Below the pieces are notes generated by a model, which had not been told where the DNA came from, searched no databases, and was given only the letters and a program-made list of their open reading frames with translations. The translations under genes and the position numbers were made by a program. From positions 1 to 28,517 of the forward strand of contig JAYEKO010000089.1 in assembly GCA_034661055.1 (NCBI GenBank): 28,517 nucleotides of DNA, in the 5' to 3' direction. How positions within the stretch are numbered: the stretch's first letter is position 1; every line of letters begins with the position of its first letter. Positions 18,062 to 28,465 of this stretch are shown here, in pieces. This DNA is from Campylobacterota bacterium. GTDB lineage: Bacteria > Campylobacterota > Campylobacteria > Campylobacterales > Sulfurimonadaceae.

Positions 18062-19673
18062 GGTCAAGTGCGGCATTCACAAATGCTAAAATAGCAGGAT
18101 TTGGAGTCTGTAAACGAGATGTGAATTCTGGATGAAACTGTACACCTAAAAACCAAGGGTGATCTTGAACTTCAACTGCCTCTATAAGACCGTGAGATTC
18201 ACCAGTGACTATCATGCCAGCCTTTTCTAATGCTTCACGGTACTCAGGGTTGGCCTCATATCTATGACGATGGCGTTCATGAATTGTTGTTTCGTCATTG
18301 TAAGCAGTACGAAGACGTGATCCCTCTTTTGTATCACATGGGTACTCACCTAGGCGTAAGGTTCCTCCCATTGGTGATTCATGAGTTCGTAGTTCACTCT
18401 GTCCTGATTGATTAATGAAGTTATCAATTAAGTATATCAATGGATTTTTAGTTTCAGGATTAAACTCAATAGAGTTAGCGTCTTTAAGTCCTAGTACATT
18501 GCGCGCATACTCAACTAGAGTAAGCTGCATTCCTAAGCAGATTCCAAGATATGGAAGTTTATTGACACGAGCATATTCAATACTATTAATCTTTCCTTCA
18601 ACTCCACGAGAACCAAATCCACCTGCTACTAAAATGGCATCACAATCTCCAAGTAGTGTTTCTGCGCCTTTGCTTTGAACTTCTTCACTGTCTATCCAGC
18701 AGATATCTACTCTAGTATCAAGGTGAGCTCCCGCATGAATGAGCGCTTCGGTAAGAGATTTATAGGACTCTTTAAGCTCAAGGTATTTTCCGACAAATCC
18801 AACAATAACACGTTGGCTTGGAGCTACAATCTTCTTAACTAGGGAGTCCCATTGGGTCATATCTGGTTGCAAGTCACCAAGGTCTAACTCTTTAGCAATT
18901 GGTGTTAAAATATTTTGTTGTAAAAAACTCATTGGTACTGCATAGATTGTCGGTGCGTCAAGTGCCAAGATAACACTGTCTTGGGCAACATCACAGCTCA
19001 TAGCTAATTTCTTTCTAAAGGTTTTTGGTAGCGACTCTTCAGAACGTGCAATAATCATCTGTGGTGTAATTCCAATACGGCGAAGCTCTTGAACCGAGTG
19101 CTGTGTGGGTTTGCTTTTATGCTCCCCTGCAGCTTTAATATAAGGAATAAGGGTTACATGTATAAAGAAAGTTCCTGCTACGTCATCATCATGTTTCATC
19201 TGACGAATCGCTTCCATAAATGGAAGGCCTTCGATATCGCCAACAGTTCCACCAAGCTCAACTACAAGCAGATCATGACCTTCACCTGCTTTTTTAATAC
19301 GGCTTACAATTTCGCCAACAATATGAGGAACTACTTGAATAGTTTGACCAAGATAACCACCAGCACGCTCTCTTTCAATTACTGAGCTATAGACCTGACC
19401 GGTTGTGAAGTTACTGCTTTTAAGAAAAGAAGCATCTAAAAAACGCTCGTAGTTACCAATATCGAGATCGGTTTCTGCTCCATCTTCGGTGACAAAGACT
19501 TCACCATGTTCAAGTGGACTCATAGTTCCAGGATCAACATTAATGTAAGGATCAATTTTAAGCATACCGACTTTTTTGCCAGAGTGTTTTAAAAGGGCAC
19601 CGACACTAGCCGCAGTAATCCCTTTTCCTAAAGAGCTTAAAACTCCTCCTGTTACAAAAATATATTTGGTCAT
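18045..19673 (-). CDS. pyrG: CTP synthase
   Basis: [46 protein letters not shown]. Confidence 0.98.
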   Translation of the reverse strand: MTKYIFVTGGVLSSLGKGITAASVGALLKHSGKKVGMLKIDPYINVDPGTMSPLEHGEVFVTEDGAETDLDIGNYERFLDASFLKSSNFTTGQVYSSVIERERAGGYLGQTIQVVPHIVGEIVSRIKKAGEGHDLLVVELGGTVGDIEGLPFMEAIRQMKHDDDVAGTFFIHVTLIPYIKAAGEHKSKPTQHSVQELRRIGITPQMIIARSEESLPKTFRKKLAMSCDVAQDSVILALDAPTIYAVPMSFLQQNILTPIAKELDLGDLQPDMTQWDSLVKKIVAPSQRVIVGFVGKYLELKESYKSLTEALIHAGAHLDTRVDICWIDSEEVQSKGAETLLGDCDAILVAGGFGSRGVEGKINSIEYARVNKLPYLGICLGMQLTLVEYARNVLGLKDANSIEFNPETKNPLIYLIDNFINQSGQSELRTHESPMGGTLRLGEYPCDTKEGSRLRTAYNDETTIHERHRHRYEANPEYREALEKAGMIVTGESHGLIEAVEVQDHPWFLGVQFHPEFTSRLQTPNPAILAFVNAALDHVKNT

Positions 19674-19761
19674 ATCCCTATTCCTTATGTTGCATGGCAT
19701 TTTAAAAGTTATTATTATATACTATCAACACTTATAAAAAACTAGAAATAAAGAGATAAAT

Positions 19762-21375
19762 ATGGAATCAGTACTCTATTATGTACTCTCAGCGCTAGCC
19801 ATCTCTGTTGTGATAAATATTTTTTTAAAAAAAATGGGTATTTCTCAAATTATTGGCTACATAGTTACAGGAACAATACTCGTATACGCATTTGATTTAC
19901 GCCATATGACAGACTCGCACACATTGGAACTTATTGCCGAATTTGGGATTGTATTTTTAATGTTTACTATTGGATTGGAGATATCGTTAGCCAAAATGAA
20001 CACTATGAGAGAGGAGATTTTTTTCAATGGTAGTTTGCAAGTAACCATCTCTGCCGTGCTTTTTTATCTGTTTGCACACTATTTTTTTGAAATAGATGTA
20101 ATCGCTTCTGTAATTATTGCTTTAGCACTTGCGCTATCATCGACTGCTGTAGTATTAACACATCTTAAAAACTCAAAAGAGATTTATCTCCCTTATGGTC
20201 AACGTTCAGTTGGAGTATTGGTTTTTCAAGACCTAGCTGTTATCCCAATTTTACTCTTTTTAGGATTTTTAAGCTCAGAGGGACTCAGTATTGAGATGAT
20301 TTTGTTAGATACTTTTTTAAGTGCCATTGTCGTCATCGGTTCTCTCTTCATATTTGGAAAGCGTGCTATGACATGGCTCTTAAGGTTCTCTGCGGAGAGT
20401 GGAGTTGAGGAGCTTTTTATGGGTTCCGTTTTTGTAATTGTTATTGGAGCCTCGCTTTTTGCACATTTTATGGGATTTACCTACTCGCTAGGCGCATTTG
20501 TCGCGGGGATGATTATTGCTGAGACTAAGTATTATCATAAAGTAGAAGCAGATATTGCACCGTTTAAGGACCTTTTATTAGGGACCTTTTTTATTACAGT
20601 AGGAATGAAAATTGACTTAATGTATTTTGTTAATCATGCTGCTGTTATTGTTCTGACGCTCTTAATGATTTTTATTCTCAAAGCAGTGATTATATTTTTT
20701 ATTCTGCTAATAACATCAGCCAAAGATACAGCCCTTAAAAGTGCATTAACGCTCTCGCAAATAGGAGAGTTTTCTTTTGCAATTTTTGCTGTGGCAAGTA
20801 GCTATGAGTTGATTGATAAAGAGCTAATTCAGATATTAATACTAATGGTCGTGCTCTCAATGATACTAACACCATTTTTAATCTCTAAGGTCAATGAAAT
20901 TGTTATTAAAATCTTTAAAGAAGAGGTCTTTGATAATAATTTTGAAGTTTTTAATCAGCGTAGCAATCATATTATATTATGTGGTTATGGCACCTATGGG
21001 AGGATTATTGCTGAAAAATTAGAGAAAAGAGGATTACCTTATATTGTAGTAGACAATAACCTAAAGCAGTTGAAGTGGGCAATTAATGACTCTAAGGAGG
21101 CTTATTTTGGAGACCTTTCTAAAAAAATCATGCTTGATGCACTACATGTTGAAGATGCTGCAACTGTCATTTTAGCAGTAGATAATCTTGAGAAAAAGCG
21201 ATTAATATGTGAGGCAGTTACCCAACATGCAAAAGATGTTAATTTGGTAGTGGAAGCACACTCTAGCAGTGAAAAAGAGTATCTTTCACAATATCCTATA
21301 TCTAAACTAATATACTCTCAAAAAGAGGTGGCAAAAATTATGGTCGATGCAACAATGCAGTGTCGGTTAGATTAA
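19762..21375 (+). CDS. CPA2 cation:proton antiporter, KefB/KefC-like, with TrkA-N (KTN) domain
   Basis: AEFGIVFLMFTIGLE, LSSTAVV, FQDLAV, LGAFVAG, SQIGEF; C-terminal IILCGYGTYG Rossmann motif. Confidence 0.9.
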   Translation: MESVLYYVLSALAISVVINIFLKKMGISQIIGYIVTGTILVYAFDLRHMTDSHTLELIAEFGIVFLMFTIGLEISLAKMNTMREEIFFNGSLQVTISAVLFYLFAHYFFEIDVIASVIIALALALSSTAVVLTHLKNSKEIYLPYGQRSVGVLVFQDLAVIPILLFLGFLSSEGLSIEMILLDTFLSAIVVIGSLFIFGKRAMTWLLRFSAESGVEELFMGSVFVIVIGASLFAHFMGFTYSLGAFVAGMIIAETKYYHKVEADIAPFKDLLLGTFFITVGMKIDLMYFVNHAAVIVLTLLMIFILKAVIIFFILLITSAKDTALKSALTLSQIGEFSFAIFAVASSYELIDKELIQILILMVVLSMILTPFLISKVNEIVIKIFKEEVFDNNFEVFNQRSNHIILCGYGTYGRIIAEKLEKRGLPYIVVDNNLKQLKWAINDSKEAYFGDLSKKIMLDALHVEDAATVILAVDNLEKKRLICEAVTQHAKDVNLVVEAHSSSEKEYLSQYPISKLIYSQKEVAKIMVDATMQCRLD

Positions 21376-22191
21376 GTCAAATTTTCTTTTAATGCGTTCA
21401 GCTACGGTAGTAAATTTTTTACTATCCATATGATTTGCCTCTAGAAGTGTAATGGCATTTTTCATTGAAGATTCACTAAATTGCTCTTTTAGATTGACGG
21501 CAGTCCTAATAGTCCTTAGTGCTAGTGAAAGCTCATTGATTAAAGATGAGGCCTCATTTTCACCATCTAAAGCACGCATAGTCTCAATGAATAGTTTATC
21601 AAAGTTCCAGTGTTCAAAAAGGAGGGTGTTGATTTGAGCAGTACTCATATTTACATGTATATTCTCTGCTGTTCTAATCTCTTGATAGCTGCTTAGGTCT
21701 TCTAAAAATTCATCTTCATTATTTTGGTCTAATATATCCTTGGAGATTAAAATAGCACCGGTTTCCATTAAAAATGCCATAGGAACCAGCATTTTAGATT
21801 TTTCTACATCAATTCCCATATACCATTGAAATACAAAAGTGCTCTGCATAGCACACACTTTAGCAAAATCATCATTGCTAATGTTGTAAGCAGACATATT
21901 AATCTCGAAGTTCTCTTCAAGAGCAGATTTTAGTACCATAGATCGGATCATGGCTGAGCCAAAAAGAGTAGTTGCTTGAAGTATAGAGATAATCTGTTTG
22001 GAAAAACTATAGAGTGGAGAGTTGGCACTAGCTAAAATATTGGTAGTTAGTGCTGGATCGCTCTCAATAATATTTACAACCTCATTAATTTCAGGGTAAC
22101 TATTTTGAGCAAATAGAGATTCAATTTTCTGTGCTGATTCTGGTAGCGGTGGAAGCTTGTCAATTTGGTCAATAATAGGAATGTAAGCCAT
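21367..22191 (-). CDS. Standalone HDOD domain protein
   Basis: LPPLPES, IESDPALT..IL..ANSPLY, LLFEHWNF; start overlaps the pyrE stop (TGATG). Confidence 0.88.
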   Translation of the reverse strand: MAYIPIIDQIDKLPPLPESAQKIESLFAQNSYPEINEVVNIIESDPALTTNILASANSPLYSFSKQIISILQATTLFGSAMIRSMVLKSALEENFEINMSAYNISNDDFAKVCAMQSTFVFQWYMGIDVEKSKMLVPMAFLMETGAILISKDILDQNNEDEFLEDLSSYQEIRTAENIHVNMSTAQINTLLFEHWNFDKLFIETMRALDGENEASSLINELSLALRTIRTAVNLKEQFSESSMKNAITLLEANHMDSKKFTTVAERIKRKFDLI

Positions 22192-22799
22192 CAATTACCT
22201 CGTGAGCCTGGTTTGATCGCAGTAGATCCATCTTGACATAAGGGACATGTATCTGGCGAATACATCTCAAAATCAAAATCAGCTAATGCAAAAAATGGTA
22301 AATCTTTGGGAAGCTTACAGTTTTGCTTACGAAAAATATTACTATTTTGACGTTGACAAAAACCACGATTGGCCAGTGCTGCATAAGCAACAACATTGCC
22401 GCCAAGTTGCTCAACAACTGCTGCAGCTTCCATTGCTGAACCACCTGTTGTAATGATATCTTCACAAACAAGAACTCTCTCATCTTTAGAGACTTCAAAT
22501 CCACGACGTATGCTCATAACCCCATCAACACGTTCAGCAAAAATATAGCGAACACCTAGAGCGGATGCAAGGGCATAGCCAGCGATTAATCCACCTAGTG
22601 CTGGAGCACATATGGTGTCAACTTTAATGCCGCTCTGTTTTATTTGGGTCGCAAGTGCTTGGGCTAATTTAGCTGCAGTAGCTGGATTCTCCAAAACTTT
22701 TGCAGATTGAAGGTAGAACTGTGAATGGTTTCCTGAGCTCAGTTTAAAATGCCCTTTTAAAAGAGCATCTGCATCCATGTAAATCTGTTTAACGTCCAT
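22191..22799 (-). CDS. pyrE: Orotate phosphoribosyltransferase
   Basis: [15 protein letters not shown]-binding [18 protein letters not shown] terminus. Confidence 0.96.
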   Translation of the reverse strand: MDVKQIYMDADALLKGHFKLSSGNHSQFYLQSAKVLENPATAAKLAQALATQIKQSGIKVDTICAPALGGLIAGYALASALGVRYIFAERVDGVMSIRRGFEVSKDERVLVCEDIITTGGSAMEAAAVVEQLGGNVVAYAALANRGFCQRQNSNIFRKQNCKLPKDLPFFALADFDFEMYSPDTCPLCQDGSTAIKPGSRGN

Positions 22800-22801
22800 G
22801 A

Positions 22802-23359
22802 TTAAACCGTCATAATTGATTGTTCTTTTTCTTTTAGAATCCCATCAATCTTTGCAATAAAACCATCGGTAGTTTTTTGAATAGTGTCTTGTGCTGCTTT
22901 TGACTCATCTGAAGTAATCTCTTTCTCTTTTTCTAGAGATTTGATTTTATCATTTGACTTTTTACGGTCGTTACGGATTGATACTTTTGCATTTTCACCC
23001 ATACCTTTCATCTTCTTAACGCTGTCTTGACGTTGTTCAACTGTCATTGCTGGGAAGAAAAGCTTGATAACTTCACCGTCATTATTTGGATTAACACCAA
23101 TATTGGCACGTGAAATGGCACTTTCAATATCACCTAAAATATTTTTTTCCCAAGGGGATACTGTAATAGTTGTCGCATCATTTGCAATAACAGAAGCAAC
23201 TTGTGCCAGTGCTGTTGGAGTACCATAATACTCAACCATTACTGTATCTAAGATACTTACAAGTACTTTTCCAGTTCGGAGTGATTTAAATTCATGTATC
23301 ATGTGATCAACTGAATTTTGCATTTTAGATTCGCATTCGCTATATATTTCGTTTAACAT
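22802..23359 (-). CDS. frr: Ribosome recycling factor
   Basis: [26 protein letters not shown]. Confidence 0.97.
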   Translation of the reverse strand: MLNEIYSECESKMQNSVDHMIHEFKSLRTGKVLVSILDTVMVEYYGTPTALAQVASVIANDATTITVSPWEKNILGDIESAISRANIGVNPNNDGEVIKLFFPAMTVEQRQDSVKKMKGMGENAKVSIRNDRKKSNDKIKSLEKEKEITSDESKAAQDTIQKTTDGFIAKIDGILKEKEQSIMTV

Positions 23360-23397
23360 TATTCCTCTTTTTTATGGCAGTATGATTTATTATGTGA

Positions 23398-23406
23398 ATT
23401 GTAGCA
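23398..23406 (-). promoter_or_regulatory. Extended -10 promoter for frr-pyrE-HDOD
   Basis: TGCTACAAT on minus strand, 38 nt upstream of the frr ATG. Confidence 0.55.
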
Positions 23407-23437
23407 AGAAAAGTTTTAAGTTAAGAAAAAATGGAGA

Positions 23438-23462
23438 AAATACAAGCAAATTGCTTGTATTT
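23438..23462 (-). terminator. Intrinsic terminator of secG
   Basis: AAATACAAGCA-aat-TGCTTGTATTT 11-bp stem immediately after the secG stop; T-rich downstream on minus strand. Confidence 0.7.
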
Positions 23463-23464
23463 AT

Positions 23465-23842
23465 TTAGTGAGTAGCTATAGGTACTCTTGGAGCTTCAGC
23501 AGTTTGTGCTTCTGTGTCAGTAGGAGTAACCGGTGTTGTATCTGCTGCTGATGGCATAGCAGTTGGAGCTGCAGCACTAGTGCTTACAACCATAGAGTCA
23601 ACAACAGATTTGTTATTCTCTTTACCGTAGAAATACCCTAAAGCAATAGTATTAGAAACCAATAAAAAACCGATAAAAAATGTTGTTTTAGCTAAAAAAC
23701 TACCCGGTCCTTTCGCTCCAAATACAGATTCGTTTGTACCGCTGTAAGCGCCCAAACCGATACTTGAACTTTTTTGAAGCAGTACAGCAATTGTTAAAAC
23801 AACTACTATAACAATCTGCGCAATTAGCAAAAAGCTTGTCAT
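23465..23842 (-). CDS. secG: Preprotein translocase subunit SecG
   Basis: Two TMs flanking VLLQKSSSIGLGAYSG...FG..G; Ala/Pro/Thr-rich tail. Confidence 0.95.
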   Translation of the reverse strand: MTSFLLIAQIVIVVVLTIAVLLQKSSSIGLGAYSGTNESVFGAKGPGSFLAKTTFFIGFLLVSNTIALGYFYGKENNKSVVDSMVVSTSAAAPTAMPSAADTTPVTPTDTEAQTAEAPRVPIATH

Positions 23843-23875
23843 AATTTATAATCCTTGATATATAAAAAGTGGCGA

Positions 23876-23884
23876 ATTATAGCA
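23876..23884 (-). promoter_or_regulatory. Extended -10 promoter for secG
   Basis: TGCTATAAT on minus strand followed by TCGCCAC. Confidence 0.65.
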
Positions 23885-23904
23885 GAAAATTCTTTGTTGT
23901 ATTA

Positions 23905-23926
23905 TTAAGCCCTCTTAAGGTATAAT
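23905..23926 (+). promoter_or_regulatory. Promoter for znuACB-bioC
   Basis: TTAAG-N5-TTAAG-g-TATAAT, 27 nt before the TTG start; AGGA SD. Confidence 0.6.
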
Positions 23927-23953
23927 TCCAACAAATATATTAGGATATAAAAT

Positions 23954-24880
23954 TTGAACAAACTATTAATGACATTGGGCTTTATAATGCTTATTATTTT
24001 ACTATTTGTCGCTCCATTTATTATTCCTGTCTCAGATAGTGAGCGTAACAAGACTTTAGTCAGTGTCTCAAACTTTCCACTTTATGATATTGCAACAAAA
24101 GTAGCTGGCGGCAAAGCTACAATTTTGATGGTAATACCATTTGGTACTGATATACACACCTTTGAACCAACCCCAAGTGACCGTGTGAATCTGGAAAAAA
24201 GTAAGTTGTTTATTTATAGTGGTAAAATACTTGAACCATGGGCCGCTAACTTTGAGCATCATAATCGTGTTGATATGAGTTTACATGTAAATTTAAAATC
24301 ATTGTGCGAAGATGAAGATGAAGATCATAAACACCATCACCATCACGGTGCTGAATCGGATCCTCACTACTGGCTTGATATAGACAATATGATTACCTCT
24401 GTTAAGATTGTACTAAGAGAACTTAGTAGTATAGATTCAGCATCAAAAACTTTTTTTGAAGCCAATGCCAAAGCGTATGTTCAAGAGTTGGAAGTTTTAA
24501 AAGAGGAGTATTCTCAAGCACTGTCTTCGTGCAAAAAAGATATGATTGTTGTCAGCCATAATGCCTTTGCATACTTAAGCAGTGAGTATGGTTTTCAAGT
24601 AACATCACTTAACGGTTTCTCAACCGATGCACTTCCAAGTGCACAGAATATGAAGGTTTTAATAGATACAGTAAGCGATCACAACATAAGTACCATCTTT
24701 TTTGAGCCTTTTAGCAGTGATCGTTTAATGCAGACTGTAGCTAACGAGGGAGATACTGTGGTGGCAACTCTACATCCGCTAGTTAATATTACTCATGATG
24801 AAGCCGCTATGAAAAAAGGTTATATTGCTATTATGAGGGAAAATCTTCAAAAACTCTCAACTGCTTTGGAGTGTCAATGA
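23954..24880 (+). CDS. znuA: Zn/Mn ABC transporter substrate-binding protein
   Basis: DIHTFEP, His/acidic loop EDEDEDHKHHHHHG, DPHYWLD, SHNAFAYL. Confidence 0.9.
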   Translation: MNKLLMTLGFIMLIILLFVAPFIIPVSDSERNKTLVSVSNFPLYDIATKVAGGKATILMVIPFGTDIHTFEPTPSDRVNLEKSKLFIYSGKILEPWAANFEHHNRVDMSLHVNLKSLCEDEDEDHKHHHHHGAESDPHYWLDIDNMITSVKIVLRELSSIDSASKTFFEANAKAYVQELEVLKEEYSQALSSCKKDMIVVSHNAFAYLSSEYGFQVTSLNGFSTDALPSAQNMKVLIDTVSDHNISTIFFEPFSSDRLMQTVANEGDTVVATLHPLVNITHDEAAMKKGYIAIMRENLQKLSTALECQ

Positions 24881-25641
24881 AGTTTAGTGTCCCTATTTTA
24901 GAGACAAAAAACCTCGATCTCTGTATTGGAAATCAGCATATTTTAAAAAACGTCTCTTTGCAGATTTTTAAAGGGGACTATATTGCTCTTATTGGACCAA
25001 ATGGTGGCGGAAAAACAACGTTAGTCCGTCTTCTATTGGGACTTCAAAAGCCAAGTTCTGGTGAGATCAGACTTTTTTCAAAAAAGCAACACTCTTTTAA
25101 AGAGTGGAACAAAATTGGTTATGTTCCTCAGCGGGCGACACAGATTGACTCCTCTTTCCCTGCAACAGTTTTAGAAGTTGTTCTCATGGGTAGGGCATCT
25201 AAAAGAGGCTTTTTTGGTATGGTGAGTGACAATGATTACCTTCTTGTCAATGAAGCTATGCTTAAAATGGATGTCCTAGATTTACAAGATAAACTTATTG
25301 GCACACTCTCAGGTGGACAGAGACAGCGTGTGATGATAGCACGTGCCTTGGCATCTGAGCCAGATATTCTTATTTTAGATGAGCCTAATACTGGCGTTGA
25401 TATGCAGTCCCAAGAGCGCTTTTACTCACTTTTAAGAGAGCTTAACCAAAAAGAGAAGATCACTATTGTTTTTGTAACTCACGATATTGGTGTTATCGCT
25501 GATGACATCGGAAGACTCTTTACGGTTAACCAGACAATGCTCACATGCAATAATCCAAAAGAGGCTATTAGTTGTGAGGATATGAGTCGTCTTTATGGCA
25601 TTGATGCTCATCTAATTCATAATCATCACCATGAGCACTAA
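24877..25641 (+). CDS. znuC: Metal ABC transporter ATPase
   Basis: GPNGGGKTT, GYVPQ, LSGGQRQR, LILDEP, VTHD; His-rich C-terminus; ATGA overlap with znuA. Confidence 0.92.
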   Translation: MKFSVPILETKNLDLCIGNQHILKNVSLQIFKGDYIALIGPNGGGKTTLVRLLLGLQKPSSGEIRLFSKKQHSFKEWNKIGYVPQRATQIDSSFPATVLEVVLMGRASKRGFFGMVSDNDYLLVNEAMLKMDVLDLQDKLIGTLSGGQRQRVMIARALASEPDILILDEPNTGVDMQSQERFYSLLRELNQKEKITIVFVTHDIGVIADDIGRLFTVNQTMLTCNNPKEAISCEDMSRLYGIDAHLIHNHHHEH

Positions 25642-25652
25642 GGTAAAGATTA

Positions 25653-26459
25653 ATGGAACTATTTGAAATTTTTCAATATGACTTTATACAACGCGCATTT
25701 CTTGCAGGAATTATCATTGCAATTATCGCTTCAGTAGGTGGCTCTTTTGTTGTTCTGAAACGTTACTCTTTAATTACAGAAACATTAGCACACTCTGCAC
25801 TTGTTGGTGTAGCTATTGGTCTTGTTGCTGGAGTGTCACCCATTCTAATGGCTGTAGTTGTGGCTCTTATTAGTGCTTGGAGCATTGAATATTTACGCTC
25901 TTTTTTTAATATCTATTCAGACTCAATTTTAGCTATTTTTCTCTCAGGATCTTTGGCGTTAGCTGTGCTGATTGTATCCTTAGCAGGTGCTTTTAATAGT
26001 TCACTCTTTAGCTATCTTTTTGGATCGATTCTTTCTGTGACAGAGCAAGATTTATGGCTTATGGCAGTTGCTGGTATTGCTGCGTTAACACTTCTTATAG
26101 GCTTTTATAAAGAGTTTTACTTCATAGCCTTTGATGAAGAGGTCGCAAAAGTAAGTGGTATTAGAGTGATGTTTTTTAATTTTTTGCTTATTACTATTGT
26201 TGCTATTATTATTGCTCTCTCAATTAGAGTAGTGGGGACACTGCTTATTGGTGCACTTATGGTTATTCCTACAGTTTCTGCGCTACAGTATAAGCAAGGT
26301 TTTACTAAAACAATTTGGCTAGCATTAGGTTTTTCACTACTCTCTGTCATTACCGGAATGCTTCTATCTTACTACTTCTCACTGCCAAGTGGAGCCACCA
26401 TAGTATTATGTATTTTGGCAATTTTTATAATTTCACTTCTTGTAAATAGAAAATCATGA
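25653..26459 (+). CDS. znuB: Metal ABC transporter permease
   Basis: ETLAHSAL.G, YLFGSIL, FDEEVAKVSG, VGTLLIGALMVIP, PSGATIV. Confidence 0.92.
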   Translation: MELFEIFQYDFIQRAFLAGIIIAIIASVGGSFVVLKRYSLITETLAHSALVGVAIGLVAGVSPILMAVVVALISAWSIEYLRSFFNIYSDSILAIFLSGSLALAVLIVSLAGAFNSSLFSYLFGSILSVTEQDLWLMAVAGIAALTLLIGFYKEFYFIAFDEEVAKVSGIRVMFFNFLLITIVAIIIALSIRVVGTLLIGALMVIPTVSALQYKQGFTKTIWLALGFSLLSVITGMLLSYYFSLPSGATIVLCILAIFIISLLVNRKS

Positions 26460-27136
26460 GAGTTAAGCAAGAATTTTCACGCTCCGCTTCAGAGTATGAA
26501 CAATATAGTATTATTCAGCAGCAGGTAGCACAAAAACTAGTAGATGACATTATGGAATTTCCCACTAAGATATTGGATATTGGATGCGGTAGTGGTGCTG
26601 TCAATAAACTTGTTAGTTGGGACCTAGAGCGCTATACGGCTATAGACTTTTCACAATCAATGTTAGACATTCATCCTAAAGCTAAAAATATTACATGTAA
26701 ATTGGCTGACTTTAATAGTAGCAGTTTTTTTGATACTATTGATGGTGACCACAATAGGGTCATCTCTGCCTCAGCGCTTCAGTGGGCGATAGATTTAGAT
26801 TATGTGCTTAAAGAGATCGCTAAACTAAAAACTCCTGTCTCATTAGCAATATTTACATGTAAAACATTTAAAAGCATGTATGAGTGTGCTGAACTTGAGC
26901 CTATGTTACGATGTTCAGATGAGATTATAGCAACTGCTAAAAAACATTTTGATGCTGAGTATGAGTTAGTTGAGTACACATTAAAGTTCGACACGCCAAG
27001 GGATATGTTTCGATATATCAAAAAAAGCGGTGTTAGTGGAGGGCGAAGAGTACTTAGCTATAAACAGACAAAGCAGTTAATGCAAGCATATCCATTAGAT
27101 TATTTAGAGTTTGAAGTACTGTTTATTCAAAATTAA
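26456..27136 (+). CDS. bioC: SAM-dependent methyltransferase, BioC-like
   Basis: F.R.A..Y....IQQQVA..L N-terminus, ILDIGCGSG, SASALQW, IKKSGV. Confidence 0.75.
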   Translation: MRVKQEFSRSASEYEQYSIIQQQVAQKLVDDIMEFPTKILDIGCGSGAVNKLVSWDLERYTAIDFSQSMLDIHPKAKNITCKLADFNSSSFFDTIDGDHNRVISASALQWAIDLDYVLKEIAKLKTPVSLAIFTCKTFKSMYECAELEPMLRCSDEIIATAKKHFDAEYELVEYTLKFDTPRDMFRYIKKSGVSGGRRVLSYKQTKQLMQAYPLDYLEFEVLFIQN

Positions 27137-27144
27137 AGGCACCT

Positions 27145-27570
27145 CTAACAATCCTTAAGAATCTGCTCTTTCTCTAAAGCATAAAGTTCATAACGAATAT
27201 TTTTAAAAACTTCAGCGTATTTTGGCTCAATAATTTTATACATCTCTTCTAAAACACGTGATGACTCTTGTGCACGTTTATAATTTGCAACAACAACACT
27301 TTTAATATCACTACGACTCATCTCATCTTTTGTAGTAGGACGTAGAACATCATTAATGCTGTCACGAGAAGCAAGTAGTGATTCTAAGTTATTGATTCTG
27401 CTCTTATGACGTAATGATTTTAGTTTAGTTGAGAGGTTTTTATTGTTAAATGAGTATCGTGATATATCTTCAATAACACGAATGCCTTCTCTAAGTCGGT
27501 TTAGGTTGGCATCACACACCCGAAGAAGTTCGGGTGATAATGTCTTAGTCGTCGTTTCCAAAGATACCAA
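27145..27570 (-). CDS. Standalone ThiD2-like protein (domain found N-terminal to some thiamine-phosphate synthases); start uncertain
   Basis: DANLNRLREGIRVIED, LKSLRH, RD...DV, NYKRAQESSRVLEE, RYELYALEK. Alternative TTG start at 27561. Confidence 0.8.
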   Translation of the reverse strand: MVSLETTTKTLSPELLRVCDANLNRLREGIRVIEDISRYSFNNKNLSTKLKSLRHKSRINNLESLLASRDSINDVLRPTTKDEMSRSDIKSVVVANYKRAQESSRVLEEMYKIIEPKYAEVFKNIRYELYALEKEQILKDC

Positions 27571-28246
27571 ACAGTTGCAGTAGGGCAGTAAAGATGTTTA
27601 AGAAATCTAAGTAAAGTGCAATAGCACCATCAATAGCTGTCTCATAAGCACCTTTAATGATATTTTGAGTGTCATACACTACCAATACGCTAAACAGCAT
27701 AACAACAGCACCTTGGATTAAAACATGCATAATTGGACTTTGTAGTAAGAACATATTTAAAAGTGATCCAATAATAATAACAACAAGTGCAATCATTAAA
27801 GGTTTTCCGTATCCTGTAAAGTCTTTAGTTGTCTTAATAGCAAAGAAGCTCATTCCACCAAAAATTACAGAAGTCATAGCAAAAGCATTACCAATAATCG
27901 CACCGCCACCACTCATCTGTAGTGTCATTGCCAATAGTGGTGCTAATGTTATACCAGTCATAAAAGTAAAACCAAACATCACAGCTAAGTTAATTCCTGG
28001 CTTATGTTTTACAAATTGAAGCCCAATCAGTAGACCAATCTCTAAGAAAAATAGTGGCCAAATCATTGAATGTATGGCTGCTGCCATAGGAATACCAACA
28101 TAAGCACCAACTGCACCTGCCATCATTGAAGCGGCAAATAGCTTATAGGTCTCTTTTACAAATGCTACAGTTTTAGACTCTGAGCGAGCCATCCCCTGCT
28201 GAACAAACTCACTTTCTCTTGAATAATCACGGTCATATAATCCCAT
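27545..28246 (-). CDS. yccA: Bax inhibitor-1/YccA family membrane protein
   Basis: About seven TMs; YDTQNII, ALYLDFLNIF..LL; AAGGAG SD. Confidence 0.92.
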   Translation of the reverse strand: MGLYDRDYSRESEFVQQGMARSESKTVAFVKETYKLFAASMMAGAVGAYVGIPMAAAIHSMIWPLFFLEIGLLIGLQFVKHKPGINLAVMFGFTFMTGITLAPLLAMTLQMSGGGAIIGNAFAMTSVIFGGMSFFAIKTTKDFTGYGKPLMIALVVIIIGSLLNMFLLQSPIMHVLIQGAVVMLFSVLVVYDTQNIIKGAYETAIDGAIALYLDFLNIFTALLQLFGIFGNDD

Positions 28247-28428
28247 AGTTTATCTCCTTATATATAGTATGCATAAACATACATTAGTTTATTGTGTTAG
28301 TAAAACTATAAGTATATATAATGAATGAAGAGTAAATGCAGATTGAATATACAGTTTGTTAAAAACATAACATTATTTCCCAAAAAGAACGTGCAAAAAA
28401 GAAATTTCAAAATTTCCAACACAAACAC

Positions 28429-28465
28429 TTGACATTGTTTTAAGAATCTCCTATAATTCCCGTCC
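28429..28465 (+). promoter_or_regulatory. Consensus sigma70 promoter with GC-rich discriminator, likely rRNA (stable RNA) operon promoter
   Basis: TTGACA (28429-34), 17 bp spacer, TATAAT (28452-57), TCCCGTCC; upstream A-tracts. Confidence 0.75.

Noticed and set aside
23465..23590. Low-complexity Ala/Pro/Thr tail of SecG
   Set aside because: Disordered tails are common in SecG.
27669..28019. 116-aa plus-strand ORF
   Set aside because: Antisense mirror of hydrophobic yccA codons.
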